Part shown: one piece after another, positions 19,469 to 28,797 of the stretch
Position numbering within the stretch: position 1 is the first letter of the stretch
Layout of the letters: every line of letters starts with the position of its first letter
Made by a program: the position numbers and the translations under genes
From: Candidatus Wolfebacteria bacterium RIFOXYD12_FULL_48_21
GTDB taxonomy: Bacteria; Patescibacteriota; Minisyncoccia; UBA6257; UBA9933
Reading direction: 5' to 3'
Assembly: GCA_001793945.1 (NCBI GenBank)
Contig: MGIW01000003.1
Span: 65,630-129,629 of the forward strand
Length of the DNA stretch: 64,000 nucleotides
Notes under the pieces: generated by a model
The model's database searches: none
The model's input: only the letters and a program-made list of their open reading frames with translations
Told to the model about the DNA's origin: nothing

Positions 19469-21280
19469 CTTTATTCCACTTGTTTGCAACCCCCTCACCT
19501 GCCTTGTTATTACTGCGCCCGTAAAGTCATCCACGGCGGTCAATGCGAAGTCTTTTGTAACATCGATCGTTCCGGTTTGCGTGATGTTCGGCGTTATTTC
19601 TATCTGAAAGGTTGCTTCCGTCGGCGATCCGATCACTCCCTTCGTCGCGACCACTTTGTCGATTGTCCATGCTATTTCGCCTGTGCGGTCATTGAAGACC
19701 GGCACCGATCCGTTACTCCCCTTTGCATTCCCCGTCCATGTGACGCCCGGTTGCAAGGAGCTCAATATCTTTATATCGCGCATGTCGGTGGCGTAGTTTT
19801 TAAGCGTCAGCGTTATGGTATATTTCGACGCCCTGTTCGCCTGCGGCAACGGGGTGCCCGGCAACCGCTCAACTTTCGCAAACAGCTCTATATTCCCGCC
19901 CACCTTTACCTCGCTTTCTGCAAAGCCTACCGTTCTGTCACTCGCTACCGCATAGGGAACCGTAGGCGAATTGATCTCTCCCGCAACCCGCAACAGATAG
20001 TTTTTATCAAAGAGCCTTTTGATCGGGTAGGCTTGCTTTGTCTGTATGCTAAAATCCACGCTTCCTTCCGCACCCGGAGCGATCAACTTCAACTCCGGCA
20101 CGGCCGAAGCGTTCCATGTCAAAACATTGGTGATCGAATTGAACGAACCCCTGCTTCGCACCGAAGGCATGTCGAACATTTCCCCGCGCAATTTCACGAC
20201 CACGATCGCATCGCTCAAACCAACATCCGTATTGTTTTTATATTTCAGCACATAAGAAATCGTATCATCTGTCTTTGCCACATACGCCGGATCGTTGTTC
20301 GCAACGATCTCAAGGCTGAGCGGAGATGCGGCAATGCCGATATTTGCCGTCTTTTCGTTGATGACATATTCGCGTCCGTTGATCATAACGACCACCTGAC
20401 TCTTTAACTCAAAGAACTCCTGGCTCGCTCCCTCGAATATGCCTTTGACCAATATCTCTTTTTCTTCCTGCGGTTTCAATTGCCCCACGACCCATGTTGC
20501 ATCGCCAATGTCCGCCTTTACCGAAGCGCTTTTGATTGCAACCTTCGGCGGAATGATCAGCCTGATCTGCGCATTCGAAAAATCTACGGTGGAAATATTG
20601 CGATACCGCATACCGGCGTCAAAGTTCTCCGTACTGAACACATTTTGTGGAGTCGTGAAATCGAGCGAAATGGCCGGCTGCCCGACACGCACCTCCAATG
20701 TTTCTTCACGCTCGAACCGTGTGTTTATCTTCTGCGGTAAATAGGAAAAGTTCACATCCAGCTTTTTTGTCGACTGTTCATCCTTTACCACTACCACCGA
20801 ATAGGTCCGTTCTATCATGTCGCCGGCGCTAAGGTCGCCCACCGAATCTTCAATCGCTTGCCGTTCCGTGCCGGCGTCCATGGCTATGATGCCGTCGGGC
20901 AATGTTACAAATACCCTTCCGTCGCGGAGCGTTACCTGTGATTTGTTTTCAATGGTGACCGTTATATCGAACGGTTGGGCGATCAAAATAGCGTCGACCG
21001 TTGCCGCATCGAACACAAGGTCCTTTGTTTTATAAAACGCAGAAATGTAATAGTAGGCAACGCTTCCCACGATCGCAATCGCCAGCAATGAACCGATCAC
21101 GACCCACTTTGCCGTGCCCTTCTTTGCTTGCCCCGCTGGCTTGCCGGCTTCATCTTCCGCAGCCCAATCGCTCGCCACACGCGGTCGTTCTTTTTTTACT
21201 TGTATCGCTTCTGCCGGATGCTCGGCGTCTTCTTTCCTATCGAGACCGTATAATTTTTTTTCAAGTTCTTCTAATGACAT
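19466..21280 (-). CDS. Single-pass membrane protein with repeated Ig-like (DUF11-like) beta domains
   Basis: N-terminal TM, then repeated Y/F-x-L-x-Y-x-N and W-x-V/I-G-x-L patterns. Confidence 0.7.
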   Translation of the reverse strand: MSLEELEKKLYGLDRKEDAEHPAEAIQVKKERPRVASDWAAEDEAGKPAGQAKKGTAKWVVIGSLLAIAIVGSVAYYYISAFYKTKDLVFDAATVDAILIAQPFDITVTIENKSQVTLRDGRVFVTLPDGIIAMDAGTERQAIEDSVGDLSAGDMIERTYSVVVVKDEQSTKKLDVNFSYLPQKINTRFEREETLEVRVGQPAISLDFTTPQNVFSTENFDAGMRYRNISTVDFSNAQIRLIIPPKVAIKSASVKADIGDATWVVGQLKPQEEKEILVKGIFEGASQEFFELKSQVVVMINGREYVINEKTANIGIAASPLSLEIVANNDPAYVAKTDDTISYVLKYKNNTDVGLSDAIVVVKLRGEMFDMPSVRSRGSFNSITNVLTWNASAVPELKLIAPGAEGSVDFSIQTKQAYPIKRLFDKNYLLRVAGEINSPTVPYAVASDRTVGFAESEVKVGGNIELFAKVERLPGTPLPQANRASKYTITLTLKNYATDMRDIKILSSLQPGVTWTGNAKGSNGSVPVFNDRTGEIAWTIDKVVATKGVIGSPTEATFQIEITPNITQTGTIDVTKDFALTAVDDFTGAVITRQVRGLQTSGIK

Positions 21281-21405
21281 GGATAAAAAATGTAACTTGT
21301 CATCCTGAGCGTATCCGTCAGCTGACGGAGGAGCCGAAGGATCTGCAGCAGATTCCTCGACAGGCTCGGAATGACAATACGATATATCTCACAACCTCAT
21401 ATAAA

Positions 21406-21960
21406 CTATACTAATGATACCGCATTTGCGCCTGTTTTTGAAGCACACTCGGCGCAATAAAATCCGTGGTCGTCGTGCAAAAAATGCGCCACGCTTGCGC
21501 ACGCGCATGCGTTACATGTAGCGTACTGCGGATCGAAACCAAATGCCTTCAATAGAAACCGATACATTGTCGCCTCGTCCACTTCAACCTCGGCGAGCCG
21601 TTTGATTATGTGCCACAGATATTGATCGGGGTGCAATTCGCGGGTCATTCTATCGATGAACTCCGCCATGGCCAACAGCACGCCGCAATGGCGCGTGCTT
21701 TTTTTCTTGTCTCGAACCGATATCTCATGGTGTGGTAGCACATCTATGATCTGAAAGTAGCCGCTCTTCATATGCATAAGCCGAACGCGTACGAAATTGA
21801 ACGGCTCCAAGTGGGCGCTTGATTTTGAAAGTATTTTCTTCAGCCCTCGCGCGCGCGCCGATATTTTCCCCAACTCTTCGGTGTACAGCCGAACCATGCC
21901 ATCGTGCTCACGAAAGTCGCTTTTATCCAGCACAAATGCTTCGGTATAATGCTCGGTCAT
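21406..21960 (-). CDS. recO: DNA repair protein RecO
   Basis: EHDGMVRLYTEELGKISARARG..K, HLEPF and C-terminal CxxC/CxxC. Confidence 0.88.
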   Translation of the reverse strand: MTEHYTEAFVLDKSDFREHDGMVRLYTEELGKISARARGLKKILSKSSAHLEPFNFVRVRLMHMKSGYFQIIDVLPHHEISVRDKKKSTRHCGVLLAMAEFIDRMTRELHPDQYLWHIIKRLAEVEVDEATMYRFLLKAFGFDPQYATCNACACASVAHFLHDDHGFYCAECASKTGANAVSLV

Positions 21961-22141
21961 ATGAATAGTATATGGCATGAGAGAGAAATAAGGTATGATG
22001 GAGGGTATAAAGTATACAGTATGAGGTATAAGGTATGGGAGGGGGAGTTTAGGTAGAGAGCATGAGGTAGTAGGTATACGGTATGGGATGGGTGGAATAA
22101 CTAATAACGGGATGTGGCAGGATGACATACTCCCCTGTGTT

Positions 22142-22325
22142 GTCATTCCGGCGAAGGCCGGGGTCCAGTTCCATACTCTCTGGATACCGGCTTTCGCCGG
22201 GATGACACCCCCGTATTGTCATCCCGAGTGCAGCGGAGCGAAATCGAGGGATCTGCATACTACAGATTCCTCGGCTTCGCAGAGTACCCTGCCTACCGGC
22301 AGGCAGGTGCTTCGTTCGGAATGAC
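22142..22325. repeat. REP-like mosaic cluster with nested CCTGCCTACCGGCAGGCAGG
   Basis: Short and long family pairs side by side. Confidence 0.85.
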
Positions 22326-22497
22326 AATGCCGAGGAACAGAAATAAGAGGCGAGAGGTACGGGGTGGGATACGAGATACGAAGTAAGAGGTGAGAGGTAC
22401 GAGAAAGAAAAAAGAGGGGGGTTGACAAGTTAATTTAAATAATGTATAAAGTATACAGATACGCTTTACAATCCCATATCCTTTCAAGGAGGCAACT

Positions 22498-22815
22498 ATG
22501 ATTGCAAACCGCATGAGACTTAAGAGATTATCCACGATGTGCTCCTGTGGCGGATGGCTTATCGCCATCGGGTTCATCATTTGTTTCGTGGGCATGTTCT
22601 ACTCGAGGCCCGAAACGGCCGATGTGCTTGACCCCATGTTGGAAACCACGCAGGACGCGTGGCTGCTATTCATGGAGACCCACAGCTTCGACATAAGCCT
22701 CGGCGGGGTCGCACTGATGTTCATTGGCGCGGGCGTGATGTGCCTTGCCGATACGAACATGATGCACACCAAGAATAAGCTTATCGGCAAATGGCAGTGG
22801 AGGGTGTTGCTATGA
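22498..22815 (+). CDS. Hypothetical two-TM protein
   Basis: TTGACA...TATAAA promoter-like signal and AAGGAGG SD upstream; two hydrophobic segments. Confidence 0.65.
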   Translation: MIANRMRLKRLSTMCSCGGWLIAIGFIICFVGMFYSRPETADVLDPMLETTQDAWLLFMETHSFDISLGGVALMFIGAGVMCLADTNMMHTKNKLIGKWQWRVLL

Positions 22816-23084
22816 TCGCCGGGGAATATGCCCGGGATACCAAGAACACCCCGCCGAACTGGGTTGAGATCGTGCATGGATGCACGGTCATCAAGTTCAT
22901 ACGGCAGGGCAAGGAGGTGCATGCCTCCTCGCGCTACTCCTTGAAGGAGTGCCGCGGAAGGACAAGCACCTACCTGCCTCCCGCGGAGTTCGAGGAGTGT
23001 CGCCGCATGGCATGCTCCATCCTCCACCCCTACTGCCGTCAGATTCGCGCTCGTCCCCATTGGATGGACGAGATAGATGATTGA
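22812..23084 (+). CDS. Hypothetical protein
   Basis: ATGA overlap with the upstream ORF; terminator at 23098-23127. Confidence 0.55.
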   Translation: MIAGEYARDTKNTPPNWVEIVHGCTVIKFIRQGKEVHASSRYSLKECRGRTSTYLPPAEFEECRRMACSILHPYCRQIRARPHWMDEIDD

Positions 23085-23133
23085 CGACCAAGAAGCCAAA
23101 TGGCCCGCACATGCGGGCCATTTTTTATTATCC

Positions 23134-23547
23134 TTACAGACCGAAAACGATCGATGTCTGATATATGCCGTCTTTTCGGGCGATATGCACATCCTGATGC
23201 GTTACCGCCTTAATATCCTGCTCGAACGCAGGCACGATGTAACGGTGCATGGCTGCCTCTACTATCAGTTTGTCTTGCGCGCTGCTTAGCGTTGCGGTCC
23301 CGGGAATGAACACTGAACGCTCCGCATGGCTGCGGGTCAGCAGTTCGTTCAGCAGGTCCACCAGTGCCGCATCCCTGTCTACCGATTCCACGCGAATATG
23401 CTCCGTCGAAGCAATGTTCGCATAGCGATTGGGCGACAATATATCCGCCAGCGCTTCGGCCGCATTCACGAACAAATGCTCGACCGTATCACCGGACACT
23501 TGTATGCGCAGTTCCGCAGGGTTGCTTAGCTCCCGATGTGTTTTCAT
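23134..23547 (-). CDS. Archease family protein (divergent)
   Basis: GDTVEHLFVNAAEAL, LVDLLNELL and IKAVTHQ. Confidence 0.8.
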   Translation of the reverse strand: MKTHRELSNPAELRIQVSGDTVEHLFVNAAEALADILSPNRYANIASTEHIRVESVDRDAALVDLLNELLTRSHAERSVFIPGTATLSSAQDKLIVEAAMHRYIVPAFEQDIKAVTHQDVHIARKDGIYQTSIVFGL

Positions 23548-23805
23548 ATGGTTCATTATACCATTATTTTACCCGACAAAGGTATAAGGTATACGGTATG
23601 AGGTATGGGAGGGGAATTTCTAATAAGGATACAGGGAAAGTGTCACCCCGGCCCGTTCGGCAGGCTCAGGGTAAAACTCTGGCCGGGGTCCAGAGTTTTC
23701 TGCAGTAGCACCGCTTCGTGTCTGAGACTCTGGATCCCGTGTCCCCGCATCGTGGTACGGGGCAGGCTGTGCACGGGATGACAATGCGGAGAGAGATGAC
23801 AATTC

Positions 23806-25137
23806 TCATAATTTCCTCAACTCCTCCTCCACGATCTTCCGCTCGTCCCATGGGATGCGTTTTTCATTTTCGACCACCATTACCGTTTCACCGCCTTTTC
23901 CGGTAAGCACCACTGCATCGCCCGGCTGTGCCAGGGCAATCGCCTTGCGGATGGCTTCCCTACGATCAATGATCTCGTGAATATTTCCTTTTACGAGCGG
24001 CGCATGGTCGATGCCCTTTCGTATGTCGGCGATGATGCCTTTTTGATCTTCGTCGTACGGATCGTCGTTGGTGAGTATGACCTCATCGCAATACTGTGCG
24101 GCTATTTGCCCCATGACGGGCCGCTTCCATGTGTCGCGCCCTCCACCCGTAGCGCCGAATACGCAGATCAATTTTCCGCCCGTTTGCTTGATCCCCGTTT
24201 CGGTTGCCGCCTTATAGATTGCTTCGAGGCTTTTCTGCTCATGCGCATAATCTACAACAATGGCAAAGCCTTTGTTGTTCGGTACCAGTTCCATGCGCCC
24301 GGGAACGCCCGTAAAGTTCTCCAAACTCTTGCGCACCTGTTCCAGCGAAATGTTTTGCGAAAGCGCAACACAGATGGCCGCCCCCGCGTTTTGCACATTG
24401 AACTCGCCCAGCAACGGAAGCGTAAAATGTTCGTTCTTTACATCAAACTCCGAACCCGATGCATGCAAATGCACATTCTTCAGTTCCACCATGCGCCGTG
24501 AGCGTTCATAGGCGTGCGTAACATCGTGCGAGAATGTGTACCCGTATTGCACTTCTTGCGGTATGCCCAAAAAATGCGCTACATTTTCATCGTCGAAATT
24601 ATATACTCCAACGCTCCGTTTTTTGCGGGCCAGCTTGCCGAACAATTTCATCTTTGCCGCGCGATAATTTTCAAACCCTTTGTGCCGATCCAAATGTTCC
24701 GGCGACAGATTCAAAAATACGGCGACATCATAATCAACGAATGTATGCCGAAACTGCATGATGCCTTCCGACGATGTTTCCACTACCGCATATTCGCACC
24801 CTGCATCGGCCATACGGCGCAACATCTTTTGCAATTGAAACCGCCCGAGCATGGTCTGCTTTGCTTCGTTGCGCCACACCTTTTCCCCGATGCGAAAATT
24901 GACCGTGGTCGTCATGCCCGTTTTATGGCCCGCTTCCTGCAGCACATGCGCGATCATGTTGCATGCCGTCGTTTTTCCTTTCGTGCCCGTGACACCGATA
25001 ACCGTCATGCTTCGCGACGGAAACCAATAGAGCAACGCACCCGCGAACGCAAGTAGGAAATGATACGCCGGGCGAAAGAACTCGAACACCGGCCGCGGAA
25101 TGACCCGCCGCCCAATGCGCAACAATTCATTTTTCAT
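23806..25137 (-). CDS. murE: UDP-N-acetylmuramyl-tripeptide synthetase
   Basis: GVTGTKGKTT, ETSSEG, PGRME, VDYAH and DDPYDE. Confidence 0.92.
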   Translation of the reverse strand: MKNELLRIGRRVIPRPVFEFFRPAYHFLLAFAGALLYWFPSRSMTVIGVTGTKGKTTACNMIAHVLQEAGHKTGMTTTVNFRIGEKVWRNEAKQTMLGRFQLQKMLRRMADAGCEYAVVETSSEGIMQFRHTFVDYDVAVFLNLSPEHLDRHKGFENYRAAKMKLFGKLARKKRSVGVYNFDDENVAHFLGIPQEVQYGYTFSHDVTHAYERSRRMVELKNVHLHASGSEFDVKNEHFTLPLLGEFNVQNAGAAICVALSQNISLEQVRKSLENFTGVPGRMELVPNNKGFAIVVDYAHEQKSLEAIYKAATETGIKQTGGKLICVFGATGGGRDTWKRPVMGQIAAQYCDEVILTNDDPYDEDQKGIIADIRKGIDHAPLVKGNIHEIIDRREAIRKAIALAQPGDAVVLTGKGGETVMVVENEKRIPWDERKIVEEELRKL

Positions 25138-25696
25138 GTTTCTTTTTTCTTGCTTCATATAATACTATGCTTGCCATTACGATGCCGGCACCAATGATGT
25201 TCATAAGCATATCGTCTGCGACATCGGGCCCGTTGCCAAGGCGCAGCATTTTCCCATGCACCCATGCGTCTTCCAGCCATTCTTCCACTTCATATGCCGT
25301 GCCGAGTAAGCTCGTTACGCCGACCACGAACCATACCTGCATACTTGGGCGCAATACACTTAGCGCACGCTCGGCGAGCACATAAACAAGATACGCAACC
25401 ACCGCCCCGCCGATCACATGCAATGCCCTATCGTACCATATGATCCGCGAATATAGCCGAAACACATCCCCTGCCATATCCAGCAGCACGGCCATGACCG
25501 CTATCGGCAATGCGATGCGTAACTTTTTTTCGTTTCCCGCTTTTCCGAACAGCAATTCGATCGACGCCCATGCCACGCCCGATGTAATGATCAGCCCAAA
25601 CCAGCTAAAATCCAACGGCACGCGCAACACGCCAAACCCGTTCAACAGTTCAAAAAGGATCACTATGGCGAATACTATTCTTGCGATGAAAATCAT
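25127..25696 (-). CDS. Membrane protein (DUF2238-like, WYD..LH and E..E motifs)
   Basis: About six TM segments; WYDRALH, YEVEEW and DVADDM. Confidence 0.65.
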   Translation of the reverse strand: MIFIARIVFAIVILFELLNGFGVLRVPLDFSWFGLIITSGVAWASIELLFGKAGNEKKLRIALPIAVMAVLLDMAGDVFRLYSRIIWYDRALHVIGGAVVAYLVYVLAERALSVLRPSMQVWFVVGVTSLLGTAYEVEEWLEDAWVHGKMLRLGNGPDVADDMLMNIIGAGIVMASIVLYEARKKKHEK

Positions 25697-25777
25697 GCGT
25701 ATCTTTTTTATTCCCCTGTCATTCCCGTCCACCACCTGCCGGCAGGCAGGCGCTCCGCTCGGAATGACAATCGCTTC

Positions 25778-26362
25778 TTATTGCTTATGTCCGCTGATCA
25801 ACTTGAGCGCCGCCTTTAAACGATCTTCTGTTCCGCGTGTTTCGGACGACATCGCCTTGAGCGCTTCGTCTATATCACGCTGTTTGTATCCCAAATGCTT
25901 TAGCGCCGCCTTGATGTCTTTGTCTCCTTCGTGAAACTCCACCGATTCTCCGGCACCCATTTTTTTAATCTTATCACGCAATTCGAGCACAATGCGATCC
26001 GCCTTCTTTTTCCCGACGCCCGGGAACTCCGCCAATGCATCGGACTTTTTTTGTTCTATCGCGGCCACCAATGTATCGGTACCTACTATTCCCACTATTC
26101 CTTGCGCCGTCTTGGGCCCCACCCCGCCAACCGTCATCAACAGTTCGCACATTTCCAGATCGCGTTCATCCGCAAATCCGTACAGCTCGATTCCGTCCTT
26201 TTTCACCGCCGTAATGCAAAACACCCGCGCGATAGACCCCACTGGCGACAATGCCGCGCTGTCGCGACCGGCAAGCGAAACGCGAAATCCGATCCCGTTC
26301 GCTTCTATAACCGCCCATGTTTCTTTTTTTGCGACAATGGTGCCGCTCAGCGAGTAGATCAT
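25778..26362 (-). CDS. ruvA: Holliday junction branch migration protein RuvA
   Basis: MIYSLSG, LYGF, VGGVGPKTA, PGVGKKKADRIVLEL and ALKHLGY. Confidence 0.95.
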   Translation of the reverse strand: MIYSLSGTIVAKKETWAVIEANGIGFRVSLAGRDSAALSPVGSIARVFCITAVKKDGIELYGFADERDLEMCELLMTVGGVGPKTAQGIVGIVGTDTLVAAIEQKKSDALAEFPGVGKKKADRIVLELRDKIKKMGAGESVEFHEGDKDIKAALKHLGYKQRDIDEALKAMSSETRGTEDRLKAALKLISGHKQ

Positions 26363-26506
26363 TACAACCAGTATACTGTTACCAGCGCCATGCGACAAGG
26401 AAATTTCCACCCTGCTGGACAATCCCCCTGTTTAGGTTTACTTTGATTGAGCACCTTTACATTCCCGAACGCTCTCGGGGTATATAACATTCGCAAGGAG
26501 TTTTCC

Positions 26507-27079
26507 ATGAAGAAACCTTTGGCTCCTCCACCCGGTACCGCATCCGGCCCGCTTCATATTTACCGAGGGAACGATGCGCGCGTTGGCATCTTCATTGATG
26601 CCGAAAATCTGTTCATCTCGCTTCAGCAAAGTTCTCCCAGTAAAGCACGCCCCAGAAAGCTCAATTATCGGAAGATCCTTGAGCGTTGCCTTAGTGGTCG
26701 CACGGCATATTGTGCCCGTTTTTATGACATTACATCGGAATACCAGCCCGGAAAGGTGGCATTCTTTACCGCCATCGAACAGCATTTCGAAGTGCTTACC
26801 AAGCCGTTACGCACCTACCCCGACGGGGCTACCAAAGGCGACTGGGATATCGGAATCGCCGTAGATATGATCGACATGGCTACCAAGCTCGATGTCGTCG
26901 TACTTGGCTCCGGAGATGGAGACTTTATTCCGGTGGTCAAATATTTGCAACAAAAAAAGCATTGCCGCGTAGAAGGGATTTCTTTTGGGCACAGTACCCA
27001 TCCCGATCTTCTCAAAGCACTTGATTCGCATATCGATCTCGCCGCGAATGCAGCGGCTAATTTGTACAAAAAATGGTGA
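26507..27079 (+). CDS. NYN-domain (LabA/DUF88) putative RNase
   Basis: IFIDAENL, KGDWDIGIAVD and SGDGDF. Confidence 0.9.
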   Translation: MKKPLAPPPGTASGPLHIYRGNDARVGIFIDAENLFISLQQSSPSKARPRKLNYRKILERCLSGRTAYCARFYDITSEYQPGKVAFFTAIEQHFEVLTKPLRTYPDGATKGDWDIGIAVDMIDMATKLDVVVLGSGDGDFIPVVKYLQQKKHCRVEGISFGHSTHPDLLKALDSHIDLAANAAANLYKKW

Positions 27080-27206
27080 TCGTTTAAAAAACCGACAGAG
27101 GCGTCTGTCGGTTTTTTGTTGCTTGACATATTTACTTTATTGGTGTTTACTATACACAGAACATACGCCCAATCCCGGGCCAAACAATTTTATATGGAGG
27201 TGTACC

Positions 27207-27914
27207 ATGCAACGATTTCTTATGGCATGCGCGTTGAGCTTTATCTGGTCGCTCGTTTCGCTTGAACTTGGTTCCCTGTGGTGGATCGGCCTGATCAGCG
27301 GTTTCGTTGCCGGCTATATCGGTTACGATGCTCGCGGTGCGGCCGATGCCGTTTCGCGCGCATGGGTGGTAGCACAAAGCGGCGTGCTGACTTCTCAACT
27401 GCCTAAGGAACGCTTGCGTCTCTGTTGTTATTTATTCGGCGGAGGCGCATCGGTCATGTTATCCATCATCACTTTGTTCTTTATCGTGGGAGTGACGAAG
27501 GGTATTTTACACAAAGTTCCTTTCGAGGCGCTTGGAGTGTTTTCGTTATTCATGTCAGCGATCTATGCAATACCCGCCCGTTGCGATAATATCGCAAGCG
27601 CATCCAAATGCATTATGGCTACCCATCCGATTCCACTCTTCTTCTGGCATATTCCGCGCGGGTTCATTTGGGTCATCGCGCGCATTCCCACTGCCGGAGC
27701 GATTGCGTATCTCTTTTGCTCGTCGTTCATTTGCACGACATTCAAGTATGTCCACTCGAATGCACGCCTGCTGTTTGGCATCGATGTCGCCATCGGCGTT
27801 GCCGTTGGCTATTATACCGGCAGCGCGCTGATCGGCGGGCTCGCCGGCGGCATATGGTGGCTCTTGGACTGGCATTTGATCTCGATCAAGGTCATGGGCC
27901 TGAAAGCCGCCTAA
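27207..27914 (+). CDS. Hypothetical multi-pass membrane protein
   Basis: GGAGG SD upstream; hydrophobic ORF; terminator at about 27939-27964. Confidence 0.7.
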   Translation: MQRFLMACALSFIWSLVSLELGSLWWIGLISGFVAGYIGYDARGAADAVSRAWVVAQSGVLTSQLPKERLRLCCYLFGGGASVMLSIITLFFIVGVTKGILHKVPFEALGVFSLFMSAIYAIPARCDNIASASKCIMATHPIPLFFWHIPRGFIWVIARIPTAGAIAYLFCSSFICTTFKYVHSNARLLFGIDVAIGVAVGYYTGSALIGGLAGGIWWLLDWHLISIKVMGLKAA

Positions 27915-28239
27915 CCCGCCTCCGTATCGTTTCCCCTAAGCCGCGACCCTGTCGCGGCTTTTTTCCTTTTATAGTAGAAAGGGTATTTGTCACCCCGGCG
28001 AAGGCCGGGGTCCAGAAGCGCAGATACATGGCTCTGGATACCGGCCTCCGCCGGTATGACAATGCAGGGGTGGCGTATGTACGCCTTCGCAAGGCGTACA
28101 TATGGCTATTAAAGACTGAACTAACAATGCCCTTTGTTGCCGTATTTTGTCATATGTTATTCGTCATCTGTCATTAGTTAACCCCGGTTGACATCCCGGG
28201 GCGAAAAATGTAGTATGGAAACACTATTTATCAGACACT

Positions 28240-28506
28240 ATGCCAAATACAAAGACAGCAGAAAAGGCAAATCGCCAGAATACACGCCGCAAGATCCGCA
28301 ATGTAAAGCAAAAAGATATCTTGAAGGGCTCCATCAAGGAATACAAGAAGCTTGTTGCCGGAAACCAAACGGAGGCCGCCGAAAAGCAGCTTTCCACGGT
28401 CTTCAAGAAACTCGACAAGGCCGCCAAGACCAATATCATCAAGAAGAACAAGGCAAGCCGGTTGAAGTCACGACTTTCAAAGAAGGTCAGTACTCCTGCC
28501 AAATAA
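28240..28506 (+). CDS. rpsT: 30S ribosomal protein S20
   Basis: MPNTKTAEKA...LDKAAK..IIKKNKASRLKSRL. Confidence 0.96.
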   Translation: MPNTKTAEKANRQNTRRKIRNVKQKDILKGSIKEYKKLVAGNQTEAAEKQLSTVFKKLDKAAKTNIIKKNKASRLKSRLSKKVSTPAK

Positions 28507-28540
28507 AAAAATCCTTCGTCATATGACGAAGGATTTTTTT
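28505..28540. terminator. Bidirectional intrinsic terminator after rpsT
   Basis: Perfect palindrome with A and T tracts. Confidence 0.8.
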
Positions 28541-28797
28541 ATTTAACCATATTGCAGTGGATTTCCGTCTCCACGGGAATGGCAATGCGGGGGAAATAAC
28601 CTATGACTAATAACCTATGACTAATAACGGGATGCGGGGAGGGTGGCAATGCGAGACGCCGGTCATTCCGAGTGAAGCACCTGCCTGCCGGTAGGCAGGG
28701 CACTCTGCGGAACCGATGAATCTGCAGCAGATCCCTCGATTCCTCCGTCCGCCAGCCGGCGGACGGATCCACTCGGGATGACAAACACGACGGTGTC

